A stretch of DNA of 64,000 bases from Balanoglossus misakiensis (taxonomy: Eukaryota > Animalia > Hemichordata): the NCBI GenBank assembly GCA_040954595.2, contig CM082576.2:16415028-16479027 (forward strand). The letters run 5' to 3'. Below the pieces are notes generated by a model. It ran no database searches, was not told where the DNA came from, and saw only the letters and a list, made by a program, of their open reading frames with translations. Numbering within the stretch: position 1 is the stretch's first letter; each line of letters begins with the position of its first letter. Both the position numbers and the translations under genes were made by a program. This document shows positions 14,392 through 28,028 of the stretch, piece after piece.

Positions 14392-16235
14392 CCAAATTTG
14401 GGGGTTACCCCTGACCTTTGACCCTCATTGGATAAGTGCATGTCTAATTCTAGGGTAGCCAATAGAACCAGGGACTAGTTTTTTTGACATTACGAGTATA
14501 GGAGGAACATGCAAATTTGGGGGTTACCCCTGACCTTTGACCCTCATTGGATAAGTGCATGTCTAATTCTAGGGTAGCCAATAGAACCAGGGACTAGTTT
14601 TTTTGACATTACGAGTATAGGAGGAACATGCAAATTTGGGGGTACCCTTTGACCCTCATTGGATAAGTGCATGTCTAATTCTAGGGTTGCCAATAGAACC
14701 AGGGACTAGTTTTTGTTGACATTACGAGTATAGGAGGAACATGCAAATTTGGGGGTACCCTTTGACCCTCATTGGATAAGTGCATGTCTAATTCTAGGGT
14801 TGCCAATAGAACCAGGGACTAGTTTTTGTTGACATTACGAGTATAGGAGGAACATGCAAATTTGGGGGTACCCTTTGACCCTCATTGGATAAGTGCATGT
14901 CTAATTCTAGGGTTGCCAATAGAACCAGGGACTAGTTTTTGTTGACATATATGAGTATCATGCAAATTTGGGGGTTATCATTTGACCTTTGACCCTCATT
15001 GGATAAGTGCATGTCTAATTCTAGGGTTGCCAATAGAACCAGGGACTAGTTTTTGTTGACATTACGAGTATAGGAGGAACATGCAAATTTGGGGGTACCC
15101 TTTGACCCTCATTGGATAAGTGCATGTCTAATTCTAGGGTTGCCAATAGAACCAGGGACTAGTTTTTGTTGACATATATGAGTATCATGCAAATTTGGGG
15201 GTTATCACTTGACCTTTGACCCTCATTGGATAAGTGCATGTCTAATTCTAGGGTTGCCAATAGAACCAGGGACTAGTTTTTGTTGACATTACGAGTATAG
15301 GAGGAACATGCAAATTTGGGGGTACCCTTTGACCCTCATTGGATAAGTGCATGTCTAATTCTAGGGTTGCCAATAGAACCAGGGACTAGTTTTTGTTGAC
15401 ATATATGAGTATCATGCAAATTTGGGGGTTATCCCTTGACCTTTGACCCTCATTGGATAAGTGCATGTCTAATTCTAGGGTTGCCAATAGAACCAGGGAC
15501 TAGTTTTTGTTGACATATATGAGTATCATGCAAATTTGGGGGTTATCACTTGACCTTTGACCCTCATTGGATAAGTGCATGTCTAATTCTAGGGTTGCCA
15601 ATAGAACCAGGGACTAGTTTTTGTTGACATATATGAGTATCATGCAAATTTGGGGGTTATCACTTGACCTTTGACCCTCATTGGATAAGTGCATGTCTAA
15701 TTCTAGGGTTGCCAATAGAACCAGGGACTAGTTTTTTGTTGACATATATGAGTATCATGCAAATTTGGGGGTTATCACTTGACCTTTGACCCTCATTGGA
15801 TAAGTGCATGTCTAATTCTAGGGTAGCCAATAGAACCAGGGACTAGTTTTTGTTGACATTACGAGTATAGGAGGAACATGCAAATTTGGGGGTTACCCCT
15901 GACCTTTGACCCTCATTGGATAAGTGCATGTCTAATTCTAGGGTTGCCATTAGAACCAGGGACTAGTTTTTTGTTGACATATATGAGTATCATGCAAATT
16001 TGGGGGTTATCACTTGACCTTTGACCCTCATTGGATAAGTGCATGTCTAATTCTAGGGTTGCCAATAGAACCAGGGACTAGTTTTTTGTTGACATATATG
16101 AGTATCATGCAAATTTGGGGGTTATCCCTTGACCTTTGACCCTCACTGGATAAGTGCATGTCTAATTCTAGGGTAGCCAATAGAACCAGGGACTGTTTTT
16201 TTTACATATATATGACCTTGACCTTTGACCCTCAT
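14392..16235. repeat. Tandem satellite, 113-120-bp monomer, about 16 copies
   Basis: Core tttgaccctcattggataagtgcatgtctaattctaggg(t/a)gccaatagaaccagggactagttttt repeated head-to-tail, with two alternative linker variants. Confidence 0.95.
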
Positions 16236-16965
16236 TAATTATGCATGTATCTAATTCCATGCGAACAAATAAACATAGAAAGCTGATTTTTTGGTGGCAT
16301 TATGGGACGAAATCATTTTGCCAATACCCCTCCCCCTAGTATGTCACGTGACCTCCATTACCTTTGACCCTAGTATCACATAAATGTGAATTAACGGCCT
16401 GTGGTACAGATCTTTGTTAACATGTACTAGTATGGTACTATAAATTGATGGTTAATTTCAACACCCCCTTGACCTCATTAAATATGTGCATATCTAATTC
16501 TAAACTTATTGTTTAACATAATCACTTTTGCATCAAAATTTTGTTGACATTGGCTTGACCCTTGACTTTCTTGTATTTGGTTCATATGCTTGGACCCCTT
16601 CAAGGGTGCTTGCAGCTTTAATTTTATTGGTTGTTTGTTTGTTATTAGGGGCCAAAGCCGATGGCTTTTATAGGCTTTTTTTGTTCTTTCCACTTCTTTT
16701 TTCAATTCTTTGATTGCCTGGATCTCTAAAACCACTGCAAGTACACTTCTCAAACTTGCCAGAGTGGTCGAGGTCAATATGTAGTTGTCCATTGAACCTT
16801 GAATTTTTTTATTAGACACATGACCTGACGGCTAAATTTCAGAACCCCCTTGACCCTATGTTGACCTCATTAATTAGGAGCATACGTAATAATAGGCCCC
16901 ATCAATCCTGCTTGCAGGTATAATTTCTTTATTTATTTGTTTATATTGTCTTGTGTTTATTTGTT

Positions 16966-17200
16966 CATTCATTCATCCATCCATCCTTCCATCCATCCAT
17001 CCATCCATCCATCCATCCATCCATCCATCCATCCATCCATTCATCCATCCATCCATCCATTCATTCATTCATTCATTCATTCATTCATTCATTCATTCAT
17101 TCATTCATTCATCCATCCATGCATACATTTATTCATTCATTCACACATTCATTTATTTATTTATTATTTGTTTATTTATCCATCCATCCATCCATTTATT
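16966..17200. repeat. (CATC)n/(CATT)n compound microsatellite
   Basis: Directly visible; explains the IHPS/IHSF pseudo-ORFs. Confidence 0.9.
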
Positions 17201-17699
17201 TTGTTTATATTTTTAATTGCATGTGTGTGTTTGTGTGTATGTATGTATTATGTATGTGTATTTGTTTATGTGCCTTCATGCATGAATAATGTATATTTGT
17301 GCGAATAATCCAAATTACTTTGATTCTGTTGAGCATCTTGATAAGCAGTTACTTATCACTGCCCAAATCTTTTCAGATTCTGCATGGCAAGACACCAATG
17401 TTTGTGTCTGGGAGTTTCATTGTTGAACTGGTTATTTTGGACTTCAGTAGTTGTATTGGGCATGTGTGCTTGGTATTCATTTTTGTGGGTTTGAATTTCA
17501 TGACTCTTTGGGTGTGTGGGAGTTCTGTGGTTGTATTTTGACAACTCTGATTGCCATGGCTGTATTTTGCTTATATTTTTGTATTTTGAATTTTCATGAT
17601 GTTTTGGGTGTTCAGAGTTCATTTTTGGTATCTGCCATTGCCATGGTTGTATTTTTGAATTCTTATGTGTCAGTAGGCCTCCGTCAGTTGGTACCGACT

Positions 17700-18850
17700 A
17701 TGGATATTGTGCCTGAAAAAGTCGTGATGTTGCTAGCAACAGCTGTGGCTTTTGAGTCCGATGTTGGAGACGTGGCAGTCTCGGTTGCATTTGCTGCGGG
17801 TGTGGCTGATTGGGTGTGTGCCTTTCACTTGGCTCTCTTTTTGCTGGCTGTGGTCTTTTTTTCCTCTCCAAACTTCAGCTGCTTGTGAAGAACACTGCAC
17901 CATTTGCTGCGTGGCAGTCTCGGTTGCATTTGCTGCGGGTGTGGCTGATTGGGTGTGTGCCTTTCACTTGGCTCTCTTTTTGCTGGCTGTGGTCTTTTTT
18001 TCCTCTCCAAACTTCAGCTGCTTGTGAAGAACACTGCACCATTTGGTTTGGTCGGCTGCTACCTCTTTCCAATTCTCCGTGTTGATGTCCAGGGGCTTTC
18101 ATGTCACGCTTGCAGACATCTTTGTTGCCCAGATGGGGGCGACTGTCTCTTCTCTTGCTGGAGGATGTCTTTGGGGATGCGTCCATACTCCATCCTTGGC
18201 ACATGGCCTAGCCACCAATGTCTTGTCGACAGCTGGGGGAGTGGCAATCTCTGTCACATTTGCTGCAGATGTGGCTTGTTTGGGTATCTTCTGGGGTGCA
18301 TGCCTTCTTCTTGGCTCTCTTTTCACTGGCTGTGGTCAGGGTTTCTTCCTCTCCCTGACTTCAGCTGCTTGTGAAGAACACGTACTGCACCATTTGCTGC
18401 GGTTGGCTGCTACCTCTTTCCAATTCTCCGTGTTGATGTCCAGGGCCTTCATGTCACGCTTGCAGACATCTTTGTAGCCCAGATGGGGGCGACTATCTCT
18501 TCTCTTTGGGGGAATGTGTCCATCCTCCATCCTTGGCACATGGCCTAGCCACCGAAGTCTTGTGTTGCCTAAGCAGTGTGTGAATGTGGTAGGAAGACCT
18601 GCACGCTCTAGGACCTGGGCATTGGAATTTGTGTCACTCCAGTGGATGCCAAGGATATAGCGAAGATAATGCAGATGGAAGCTGTTCAGTTTGCACTCCT
18701 GTTTCGAGTTGGTCGTCCATGTTTCGCTGCCATTGAGGAGATCAGTGCTGATGATACACACGTTGTACACTGCCTCTTGGTTGACATCTGGGAGTCCTCT
18801 GTGGTTGCTATCTGATGAAGCTGGTTCACCATCCTTGCAGAAGAAGTCAC
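17700..18850 (-). mobile_element. 5'-truncated RTE-clade LINE remnant with internal tandem duplications
   Basis: ORF 18336-18770 has LLNGSETWT..KLNSFH..LRYILGIHWSD..N..VLERAGLP..RLRWLGHV.RMEDG, typical of the RTE post-RT region. 139-bp tandem duplication at ~17771-18046 and a second copy of the 3' segment. Confidence 0.85.
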
Positions 18851-19224
18851 AAGATTGCAGTCCCTCTTCAACTCATCTATATCTTTGCGCGCGCTGTTTT
18901 CGCTTCCTCCAATGTACTTTCCCATATTATAAATAAAAAATATGTATGCGTGTGTGAATATTTTAACATTCTGTATATTTTTCCTCAGTGTTAGAGGGTA
19001 TGTCTTTAATGAAGTTTTCCCAATGGCTATAACAGATGAGAAGGTTTCAATTTGCAGTATTTTTAATAATAATACCATATGCATAGCATGACTAACTTGA
19101 TTTGACGATGAAAAACTATTGCAATAGATCCCTTCAAGTCCAGTGTAGTTTCCTGGGATCAGTTCATTAGTCGCTTTTCGTATATACCGGTATATCATGT
19201 TTACTTGATAATAACATAGTTAAG

Positions 19225-20285
19225 ATTTTTATATAAGATTTTTGATGTGTGTGTTTTGTTCAGATTATTTTACACATTTTTGCATACAGTGAAATCTGTC
19301 AGTACGGACACCTCTGTAATTAGGATACCTCTCTATTAAGGACAGATTTTCTGGTCCCAGAGGTTCTTAATAGACAGGTTTCACTGTGCATATGCATTGT
19401 GTGAGTGTTTACAGTCCTTTGATTTTTTAATGAAAATTTCCTTTATAAAAACATAAATAATGTGTTTGCAGAAGCCATTTATGTATGATTGTTTTATTTG
19501 TATTTCGTGGGGAGGGGGGGGGGGGCATAAAAGCAGTAAATTCGCTCATAAATTGATTGGCATGGAGGTCATGCATCATGGCTTACAGGCAACACATTAT
19601 TTACACTTTTTGAACAATAAAAAACTTATCAATGTGATATTTACTTCTTTTAAAAGTTTTCTATATTTTATACACGTACAGTTTTAGGTTATTATACATT
19701 TGAACATTCATCTTTTTCCTCAATGTTTGGGGGGTCTTTAATGAACTTTTTCCAATAGCTTTATCAGAGATTTTAATTTGCTCTTGCTTGACATAGTCAA
19801 GTATTTAATTATATTTGAACACTTTTGATGTGTCTGTGTGTGTGTTTGTGTACAGAATTTGTTTACACATTCATGCATGCATATACATTGTCTGAGTGTT
19901 TACAGTCCTTTGATTTGATTGGTGGAAATTTTATTTATAAAAACATAAATAATGTGTTTGCAGAAGCCATATATTCATATTTGATAATTGTTTTGTTTTT
20001 ATTTCGGGGGGGGGGGCATAGATTGATTGGCATGGTGATCATGCATCATGGCTTACAGGCAACACATTATTTACACTTTTTGAACAATAAAAAACATTTC
20101 AATGTGATATTTACTTCTTTTAAAAGTTTTCGATATTTTATACACATGCAGTTTTAAGTTATTATACATTTGAACATTCATCTTTTTCCTCAATTTTTGG
20201 GGGTCTTTAATGAAATTTTTCCAATAGCTTTATTAGACAAGATTTTAATTTGCTTTTGCTTGACATTATCAAGTATTTAATATTA
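19225..20285. repeat. Local tandem duplication (~480 bp x2); first copy contains a 100-bp Tc1/mariner-like MITE at 19287-19386
   Basis: 19400-19810 matches 19892-20282. MITE TIRs cagtgaaatctgtc / gacaggtttcactg are absent from the second copy. Confidence 0.8.
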
Positions 20286-21068
20286 TGATTTACTGAGAAC
20301 ACTTTATTTGTTCAGTGATGAACTATTAAAATTTGTCAGTTTTACTTGAAACTTTCAATACAAAATTTAGCTTGATGCCAGTTAGCAAATTCATTTGAAA
20401 GTTAGATTTTCAAGAGGCATTTATTTAAATACAATTATTTGTGAACATGGTGAATCTGTATACCTACGCTTTCCCAGAGGGTTTCCCTTACTTAAAAAAA
20501 GGGTTTTACCTCTGGGTTTTGGTGCGGGGTAAATTTTCAGTTCATCCAATAAAGTACATGAACCGCTACTTATGTAAAGTGACCTGTATTGTCTGTGTGT
20601 ATAAATTTGAATGTGGTATTTGGAATGCAGGCTTGTTGGAGTGGGTATGGAGACTATAAGTGTAGAGAGCTAGTGGATTTTGTGCTGCCATCAACAGTAT
20701 AAACTTGGAAATGGTAGCATGTAGCCCAGTGATAGTTGGTGTGTAGATGTGATGTGGTACATACGTGGCAGGTTGTGAACTTGTCAACATGAAAGTGCGA
20801 ATCCACATGGAAACCTAAAAATATGGAAAAATACACTATCACCCTCTTGGAAGCTGAATTCAGAGGGAGTGAAACTGTGGAGAGCAACATTAGTGGAATA
20901 GCCAAGCTGTTCTGTCAATACCCCCTAGTTGCAAATACATTAGCACCTAACTGAACAAATGGAACATGTAAAACACATATATGAGGAATGTAATGGGAGA
21001 GGGCAACATGGTGCAAGAGAATAGCATCAGTGATGGTTCATCATAGCCCTACATTCAGTGATGACCTA

Positions 21069-21557
21069 ATATATTGAATAAATTAAAATGACAAGTCAAT
21101 ACAATAGTTGCTATAATTGGTAAAAAAAAGAAAAGTGGCGGGGGTGGGTGAAAATTTTGTAAAATATGGTGCTCAAAGTTGCATTTTAATGAACTCAAAA
21201 GCATATTAACTCAATGTTGGGGAGGACCAATTTTACTTTTGCCACTCCCTTCAAAGTTAGCATCTGTGGGTGGGGTGGCCAGTACCCTGCCCTGGTACAC
21301 TAGACAAACCAGCCAATAAATGAAATGTGGCGAAGAATGAAGGGGGTGGTAGAAAATTTTGTAAAATAAAGGGCGCGAAACTGCAATTTTGTGGACACAA
21401 AAGCAAAAGTTCAGTGGCAAAAGTATGTGACCCCCCCTTAAACGTTTACAAAAAAAGATTACCCCCCCCCCTTTTGGAATTGAAAATTAAAGTGACCCCC
21501 CCCCCCTGGATTTTGCCGCCCCCCCCCCCCCCCCGGCCATAAAAACTGAACGGTCCC
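21069..21557. mobile_element. One end of a PIF/Harbinger-like MITE abutting the 5S array
   Basis: Ends in ggccataaaaactgaacggtccc followed by TTA. 21069-21335 is the reverse complement of ~44420-44715. No partner TIR seen in the window. Confidence 0.65.
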
Positions 21558-21794
21558 TTAGATAGGGACGGTCGATCGGCATCACAAATTATCAGGTCAT
21601 TATTTCTCCACTGATGATCACTGTTTGTAGGATATAACAAGACAAAACCGCTCTCTCCCATATAAATTATAAGATAGGGTCGGTCAATCAGCTGGCCACG
21701 CACACAAATTATCGTGCCGTCTGCTCTGTGTGTACGCCTATGTGTTAGTGAAGCTTCCGTTTGCTTGATAATCGTAGAAATTCAAGTAGTCTTT

Positions 21795-21914
21795 GCCTAC
21801 GGCCATACCACGTCGAATACACCGGTTCTCGTCCGATCACCGAAGTTAAGCTGCGTTGGGCGTGGTTAGTTCTTGGATGGGTGACCGCCTGGGAATACCA
21901 CGTGCCGTAGACTT
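21795..21914 (+). rRNA. RNA5S: 5S rRNA gene (variant copy, 2 substitutions vs array consensus)
   Basis: gcctacggccatacc..agttaagc (box A)..ggatgggtgacc (box C)..gtgccgtagactt, 120 nt, then gaattttt. Carries agttctt for agtactt and gtagac for gtaggc. Confidence 0.93.
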
Positions 21915-23102
21915 GAATTTTTCCTTTTTCTTAACTTTTGCATTAAACAGTCTTCGTTTTTAGTCGTCGTAAACGTCCATTTTTAATTATTTTTTTTTCT
22001 CCAAATTCTTTAATTCCATGATCATATATTTTTGTTGAACATAACTTCATAAACCGTTCTCGCCTGTATAGGTCTAAGCTATAGTCACTCGATGGACCAA
22101 ATACAAATTACCAGGTCGGGCTCGGAGTGAGTAGTGTCCAGCTTACGTTGAGTTCATTGTCGCAGAAATTCAAGCAGTCTTCATTACATTGTTTTTAAAC
22201 TTTCCTATTAGGCCTAAATAGTCTATTTATTATTTGTCGTCATATACATCAACTTCTTTCTTTCTTTAAATTCATGATTTCTATAACTACCTCAATTCCA
22301 CGATCATTCAAGTTTTTTTTTTTTTTGCAGAACATAGCAAAACAAAACCGTTCGCTCTCGTGCTGTTTGCGTGTGTTAGTACTAGGCTAAAGCTTCGTTT
22401 GGGTAAATAGTCGCAGAAACTCCAGCGGCTTTCAATTTTTGGTTTTTAAGTCCAATTTGGTGTATGATGTTAATATACCATTGGGACCTTATGGGGTCGG
22501 TTACATCTGTATGTCATAAACGTCATTTAAAAAAAAATTCATCTTTCAAGTGTTTTGCATAACATGCCAAGACAAACCCGTTCCCTCCAATATAAGATAG
22601 GGACGGTAATTAATTGCAATAGGGGCCTAATAAACAGAGGATGGTCTAAAAGATATCGTTGGTGGTGCTATCCCGGACAGCCAGGGTCACGATGGGGTCA
22701 CGTGCGTCTATGATACCGCAAACAAGTCAACTCCACGCTAAATTCAACCTGTCCGCCGGACTGGTAACTTTTTTACTATCAGTCTGATGGAAAAACAACC
22801 AGTCTCGGACTGTCGGACAGGCGTTATTTCGAATAGTGTGTCTTGCATAACATACCAATATAGGCCTTAGATAGGGACGGTCGATCGGCCACACAAATTA
22901 TCATTATTTCTCCACTTTAATATGGTCACTTTTTGTAGGATATAACAAGACAAAACCGCTCTCTCCCATATAAATTATAAGATAGGGTCGGTCAATCAGC
23001 TGGCCACGCACACAAATTATCGTGCCGCGTGCTCTGTGTGTACGCCTATGTGTTAGTGAAGCTTCCGTTTGCTTAATAATCGTAGAAATTCAAGCAGTGT
23101 TT

Positions 23103-23222
23103 GCCTACAGCCATACCACGTCGAATACACCGGTTCTCGTCCGATCGCCGAAGTTAAGCTGCGTTGGGCGTGGTTAGTACTTGGATGGGTTACCGCCTGG
23201 GAATACCACGTGCCGTAGGCTT
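23103..23222 (+). rRNA. RNA5S: 5S rRNA gene (3 substitutions including box C; possibly impaired)
   Basis: 120-nt 5S sequence; variants tacagcc, gatcgccg, gggttaccg. Confidence 0.9.
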
Positions 23223-24406
23223 GAATTTTTCCTTTTTCTTAACTTTTGCATTAAACAGTCTTCCTTTTTGTCGTCGTAAACGTCCATTTTTAATTATTTT
23301 TTTTTCTCCAAATTCTTTAATTCCATGATCATATATTTTTGTTGAACATAACTTCATAAACCGTTCTCTCCTGTATAGGTCTAAGCTATAGGCGCTCGAT
23401 GGACAACATACAAATTACCAGGTCGGGCTCGGAGTGAGTAGTGTCCAGCTTACGTTGAGTTCATTGTCGCAGAAATTCAAGCAGTCTTCATTACATTGTT
23501 TTTAAACTTTCCTATTAGGCCTAAATAGTCTATTTATTATTTGTCGTCATATACATCAACTTCTTTCTTTCTTTAAATTCATGATTTCTATAACTACATC
23601 AATTCCACGATCATTCAAGTTTTTTTTTGCAGAACATAGCAAAACAAAACCGTTCGCTCTCGTGCTGTTTGCGTGTGTTAGTACTAGGCTAAAGCTTCGT
23701 TTGGGTAAATAGTCGCAGAAACTCCAGCGGCTTTCAATTTTTGGTTTTTAAGTCCAATTTGGTGTATGATGTTAATATACCATTGGGACCTTATGGGGTC
23801 GGTTACATCTGTATGTCATAAACGTCATTTTTTTTAATTCATCTTTCAAGTGTTTTGCATTACATGCCAAGACAAACCCGTTCCCTCCAATATAAGATAG
23901 CGACGGTAATTAATTGCAATAGGGGCCTAATAAACAGAGGATGGTCTAAAAGATATCGTTGGTGGTGCTATCCCGGACAGCCAGGGTCACGATGGGGTCA
24001 CGTACGTCTATGATACCGCAAACAAGTCAACTCCACGCTAAATTCAACCTGTCCGCCGGACTGGTAACTTTTTTACTATCAGTCTGATGGAAAAACAACC
24101 AGTCTCGGACTGTCGGACAGGCGTTATTTCGAATAGTGTGTCTTGCATAACATACCAATATAGGCCTTAGATAGGGACGGTCGATCGGCCACACAAATTA
24201 TCAGGTCATTATTTCTCCACTTTAATATGGTCACTTTTTGTAGGATATAACAAGACAAAACCGCTCTCTCCCATATAAATTATAAGATAGGGTCGGTCAA
24301 TCAGCTGGCCACGCACACAATTATCGTGCCGCGTGCTCTGTGTGTACGCCTATGTGTTAGTGAAGCTTCCGTTTGCTTAATAATCGTAGAAATTCAAGCA
24401 GTGTTT

Positions 24407-24526
24407 GCCTACGGCCATACCACGTCGAATACACCGGTTCTCGTCCGATCACCGAAGTTAAGCTGCGTTGGGCGTGGTTAGTACTTGGATGGGTGACCGC
24501 CTGGGAATACCACGTGCCGTAGGCTT
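24407..24526 (+). rRNA. RNA5S: 5S rRNA gene
   Basis: Array-consensus 120 nt; helix I gcctacggc/gccgtaggc; ttaataat TATA-like element near -30; T5 terminator. Confidence 0.96.
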
Positions 24527-25711
24527 GAATTTTTCCTTTTTCATAACTTTTGCATTAAACAGTCTTCCTTTTTGTCGTCGTAAACGTCCATTTTTAATTA
24601 TTTTTTTTTCTCCAAATTCTTTAATTCCATGATCATATATTTTTGTTGAACATAACTTCATAAACCGTTCTCTCCTGTATAGGTCTAAGCTATAGGCGCT
24701 CGATGGACAACATACAAATTACCAGGTCGGGCTCGGAGTGAGTAGTGTCCAGCTTACGTTGAGTTCATTGTCGCAGAAATTCAAGCAGTCTTCATTACAT
24801 TGTTTTTAAACTTTCCTATTAGGCCTAAATAGTCTATTTATTATTTGTCGTCATATACATCAACTTCTTTCTTTCTTTAAATTCATGATTTCTATAACTA
24901 CATCAATTCCACGATCATTCAAGTTTTTTTTTGCAGAACATAGCAAAACAAAACCGTTCGCTCTCGTGCTGTTTGCGTGTGTTAGTACTAGGCTAAAGCT
25001 TCGTTTGGGTAAATAGTCGCAGAAACTCCAGCGGCTTTCAATTTTTGGTTTTTAAGTCCAATTTGGTGTATGATGTTAATATACCATTGGGACCTTATGG
25101 GGTCGGTTACATCTGTATGTCATAAACGTCATTTTTTTTTAATTCATCTTTCAAGTGTTTTGCATTACATGCCAAGACAAACCCGTTCCCTCCAATATAA
25201 GATAGCGACGGTAATTAATTGCAATAGGGGCCTAATAAACAGAGGATGGTCTAAAAGATATCGTTGGTGGTGCTATCCCGGACAGCCAGGGTCACGATGG
25301 GGTCACGTACGTCTATGATACCGCAAACAAGTCAACTCCACGCTAAATTCAACCTGTCCGCCGGACTGGTAACTTTTTTACTATCAGTCTGATGGAAAAA
25401 CAACCAGTCTCGGACTGTCGGACAGGCGTTATTTCGAATAGTGTGTCTTGCATAACATACCAATATAGGCCTTAGATAGGGACGGTCGATCGGCCACACA
25501 AATTATCAGGTCATTATTTCTCCACTTTAATATGGTCACTTTTTGTAGGATATAACAAGACAAAACCGCTCTCTCCCATATAAATTATAAGATAGGGTCG
25601 GTCAATCAGCTGGCCACGCACACAATTATCGTGCCGCGTGCTCTGTGTGTACGCCTGTGTGTTAGTGAAGCTTCCGTTTGCTTAATAATCGTAGAAATTC
25701 AAGCAGTGTTT

Positions 25712-25831
25712 GCCTACGGCCATACCACGTCGAATACACCGGTTCTCGTCCGATCACCGAAGTTAAGCTGCGTTGGGCGTGGTTAGTACTTGGATGGGTG
25801 ACCGCCTGGGAATACCACGTGCCGTAGGCTT
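25712..25831 (+). rRNA. RNA5S: 5S rRNA gene
   Basis: Identical to 24407-24526. Confidence 0.96.
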
Positions 25832-26783
25832 GAATTTTTCCTTTTTCTTAACTTTTGCATTAAACAGTCTTCCTTTTTGTCGTCGTAAACGTCCATTTTT
25901 AATTATTTTTTTTTCTCCAAATTCTTTAATTCCATGATCATATATTTTTGTTGAACATAACTTCATAAACCGTTCTCTCCTGTATAGGTCTAAGCTATAG
26001 GCGCTCGATGGACAACATACAAATTACCAGGTCGGGCTCGGAGTGAGTAGTGTCCAGCTTACGTTGAGTTCATTGTCGCAGAAATTCAAGCAGTCTTCAT
26101 TACATTGTTTTTAAACTTTCCTATTACGCCTAGATAGTCTATTTATTATTTGTCGTCATATACATCAACTTCTTTCTTTCTTTAAATTCATGATTTCTAT
26201 AACTACATCAATTCCACGATCATTCAATTTTTTTTTTGCAGAACATAGCAAAACAAAACCGTTCGCTCTCGTGCTGTTTGCGTGTGTTAGTACTAGGCTA
26301 AAGCTTCGTTTGGGTAAATAGTCGCAGAAACTCCAGCGGCTTTCAATTTTTGTTTTTTAAGTCCAATTTGGTGTATGATGTTAATATACCATTGGGACCT
26401 TATGGGGTCGGTTACATCTGTATGTCATAAACGTCATTTAAAAAAAAAAAATTCATCTTTCAAGTGTTTTGCATAACATGCCAAGACAAACCCGTTCCCT
26501 CCAATATAAGATAGGGACGGTAATTGATTGCAATAGGGGCCTAATAAACAAAGGATGGTCTAAAAGATATCGTTGGTGGTGCTATCCCGGACAGCCAGGG
26601 TCACGATGGGGTCACGTACGTCTATGATACCGCAAACAAGTCAACTCCACGCTAAATTCAACCTGTCCGCCGGACTGGTAACTTTTTTACTATCAGTCTG
26701 ATGGAAAAACAACCAGTCTCGGACTGTCGGACAGGCGTTATTTCGAATAATGTGTCTTGCATAACATACCAATATAGGCCTTA

Positions 26784-28028
26784 GGGAGCCGTCATTATTT
26801 ACGGCCTGGGGGGGGGGGGTCGGAGGAATTACACTAGAAACTCCAAAATTTTGAGAAACCCCCCCTGCCAAGCATGCAGATTTTGAGAAACCCCCCCCCT
26901 TCCAACACAGAAATTTCGACTGGCCCCCCCCTAAAACCGGAACAACTACATATCAATACATGTATCTGTATTGAACACCTATTGCCTGGCCATGAGGGCC
27001 ATAGCGGCCGTTTATTACACCCGAGGGGCTGTGAGTTACCAGAGCATATGATTCTGGTAACTCACAGTCACGAGGGGGTAAAAACGGCTGCTATGGCCCG
27101 AATATAGGCCAGGCTATAGGTGTTTATAATAAACCTCATGCTAACAGCTGGGAAAATCTTGCAATTTTCTCTTGAGGTTGGCAGACGACATCTTCAGTGG
27201 TGGCCATTGTGTCAGACGACGCGACACCGATTGACGTGACCGAGTCTGCGCACTCACGCTGGTCACGTGACCGGTTTATATTTTTTCTGCTATTTCCCTA
27301 GAGGGATTCATAGTCGATTCTATTTTCCTATCACGTGACGGATTCTGGCGAATCACGACACAGTATTAGCATGAGGTATATACAGAATCATATGCTCTGG
27401 TAACTCACAGCCCCTCGGGTGTAATAAACGGCCGCTATGGCCCTCATGGCCAGGCAATAGGTGTTCACTATTACAGTAGTGTAGTAAAAGACCTCTCTAC
27501 TCCAGGTTCACCCTGCTACATTGTAGGTGATCATCAGTTGCATCATGATGGATTGAAAAGGGTGAAACAACAAAACAATCTCAAAGTCACAACTAAATAA
27601 TGATTACCGTAAAAGCTCACCCATAACCAGTAACCATCAAGTAGCATTGTGTAATTTGGACAGGCATCGTTAAAAGTCAAAATGATTATCAAACTTTGTT
27701 GATATAATAAGGAGATATGTTTTTTATGCATGATCAGGCAAGCATGCCAATCCTTTATCAGCAAATTTTGGGAAAAATACTTTGACAGTGCAGTGTGGAC
27801 ACTGGTGTTCCGCGACCGGAGGTCGCGGAGCGCTGCAGCACTTGCACAGCACACAACTAAATCTTTCAGTTGAAAAACTTTGATACATTTCCCAAAAATG
27901 AGTGACCCCCCCCTCTTCATCTACAATTTTTGAGAAACCCCCCCCTGCAGCCTTCCAATTTTTGAGTAACCCCCCCCTTCATTCCTCCGACCCCCCCCCC
28001 CCCCAGGCCATAAATAATGACGGCTCCC
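26784..28028. mobile_element. PIF/Harbinger-like MITE in the 5S spacer
   Basis: TIRs gggagccgtcattattta(c/t)ggcctgggggg..tcggagg / ..gacggctccc. TSD TTA (26781-83, 28029-31). Empty site ggccTTAgatagggacgg in neighbouring units. Confidence 0.92.
26972..27467. mobile_element. Nested palindromic element with 85-bp perfect inverted repeats
   Basis: 26972-27056 is the exact reverse complement of 27383-27467; an additional diverged arm lies at ~27044-27126. Confidence 0.7.

Noticed and set aside
14392-16235. CRISPR or snRNA gene array (octamer motifs present)
   Set aside because: The variable parts are only two recurring variants, not unique spacers, and no snRNA or tRNA sequence is recognisable.
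20630-20955. Possible coding exon
   Set aside because: Several stops in the frames I translated and no recognisable domain.
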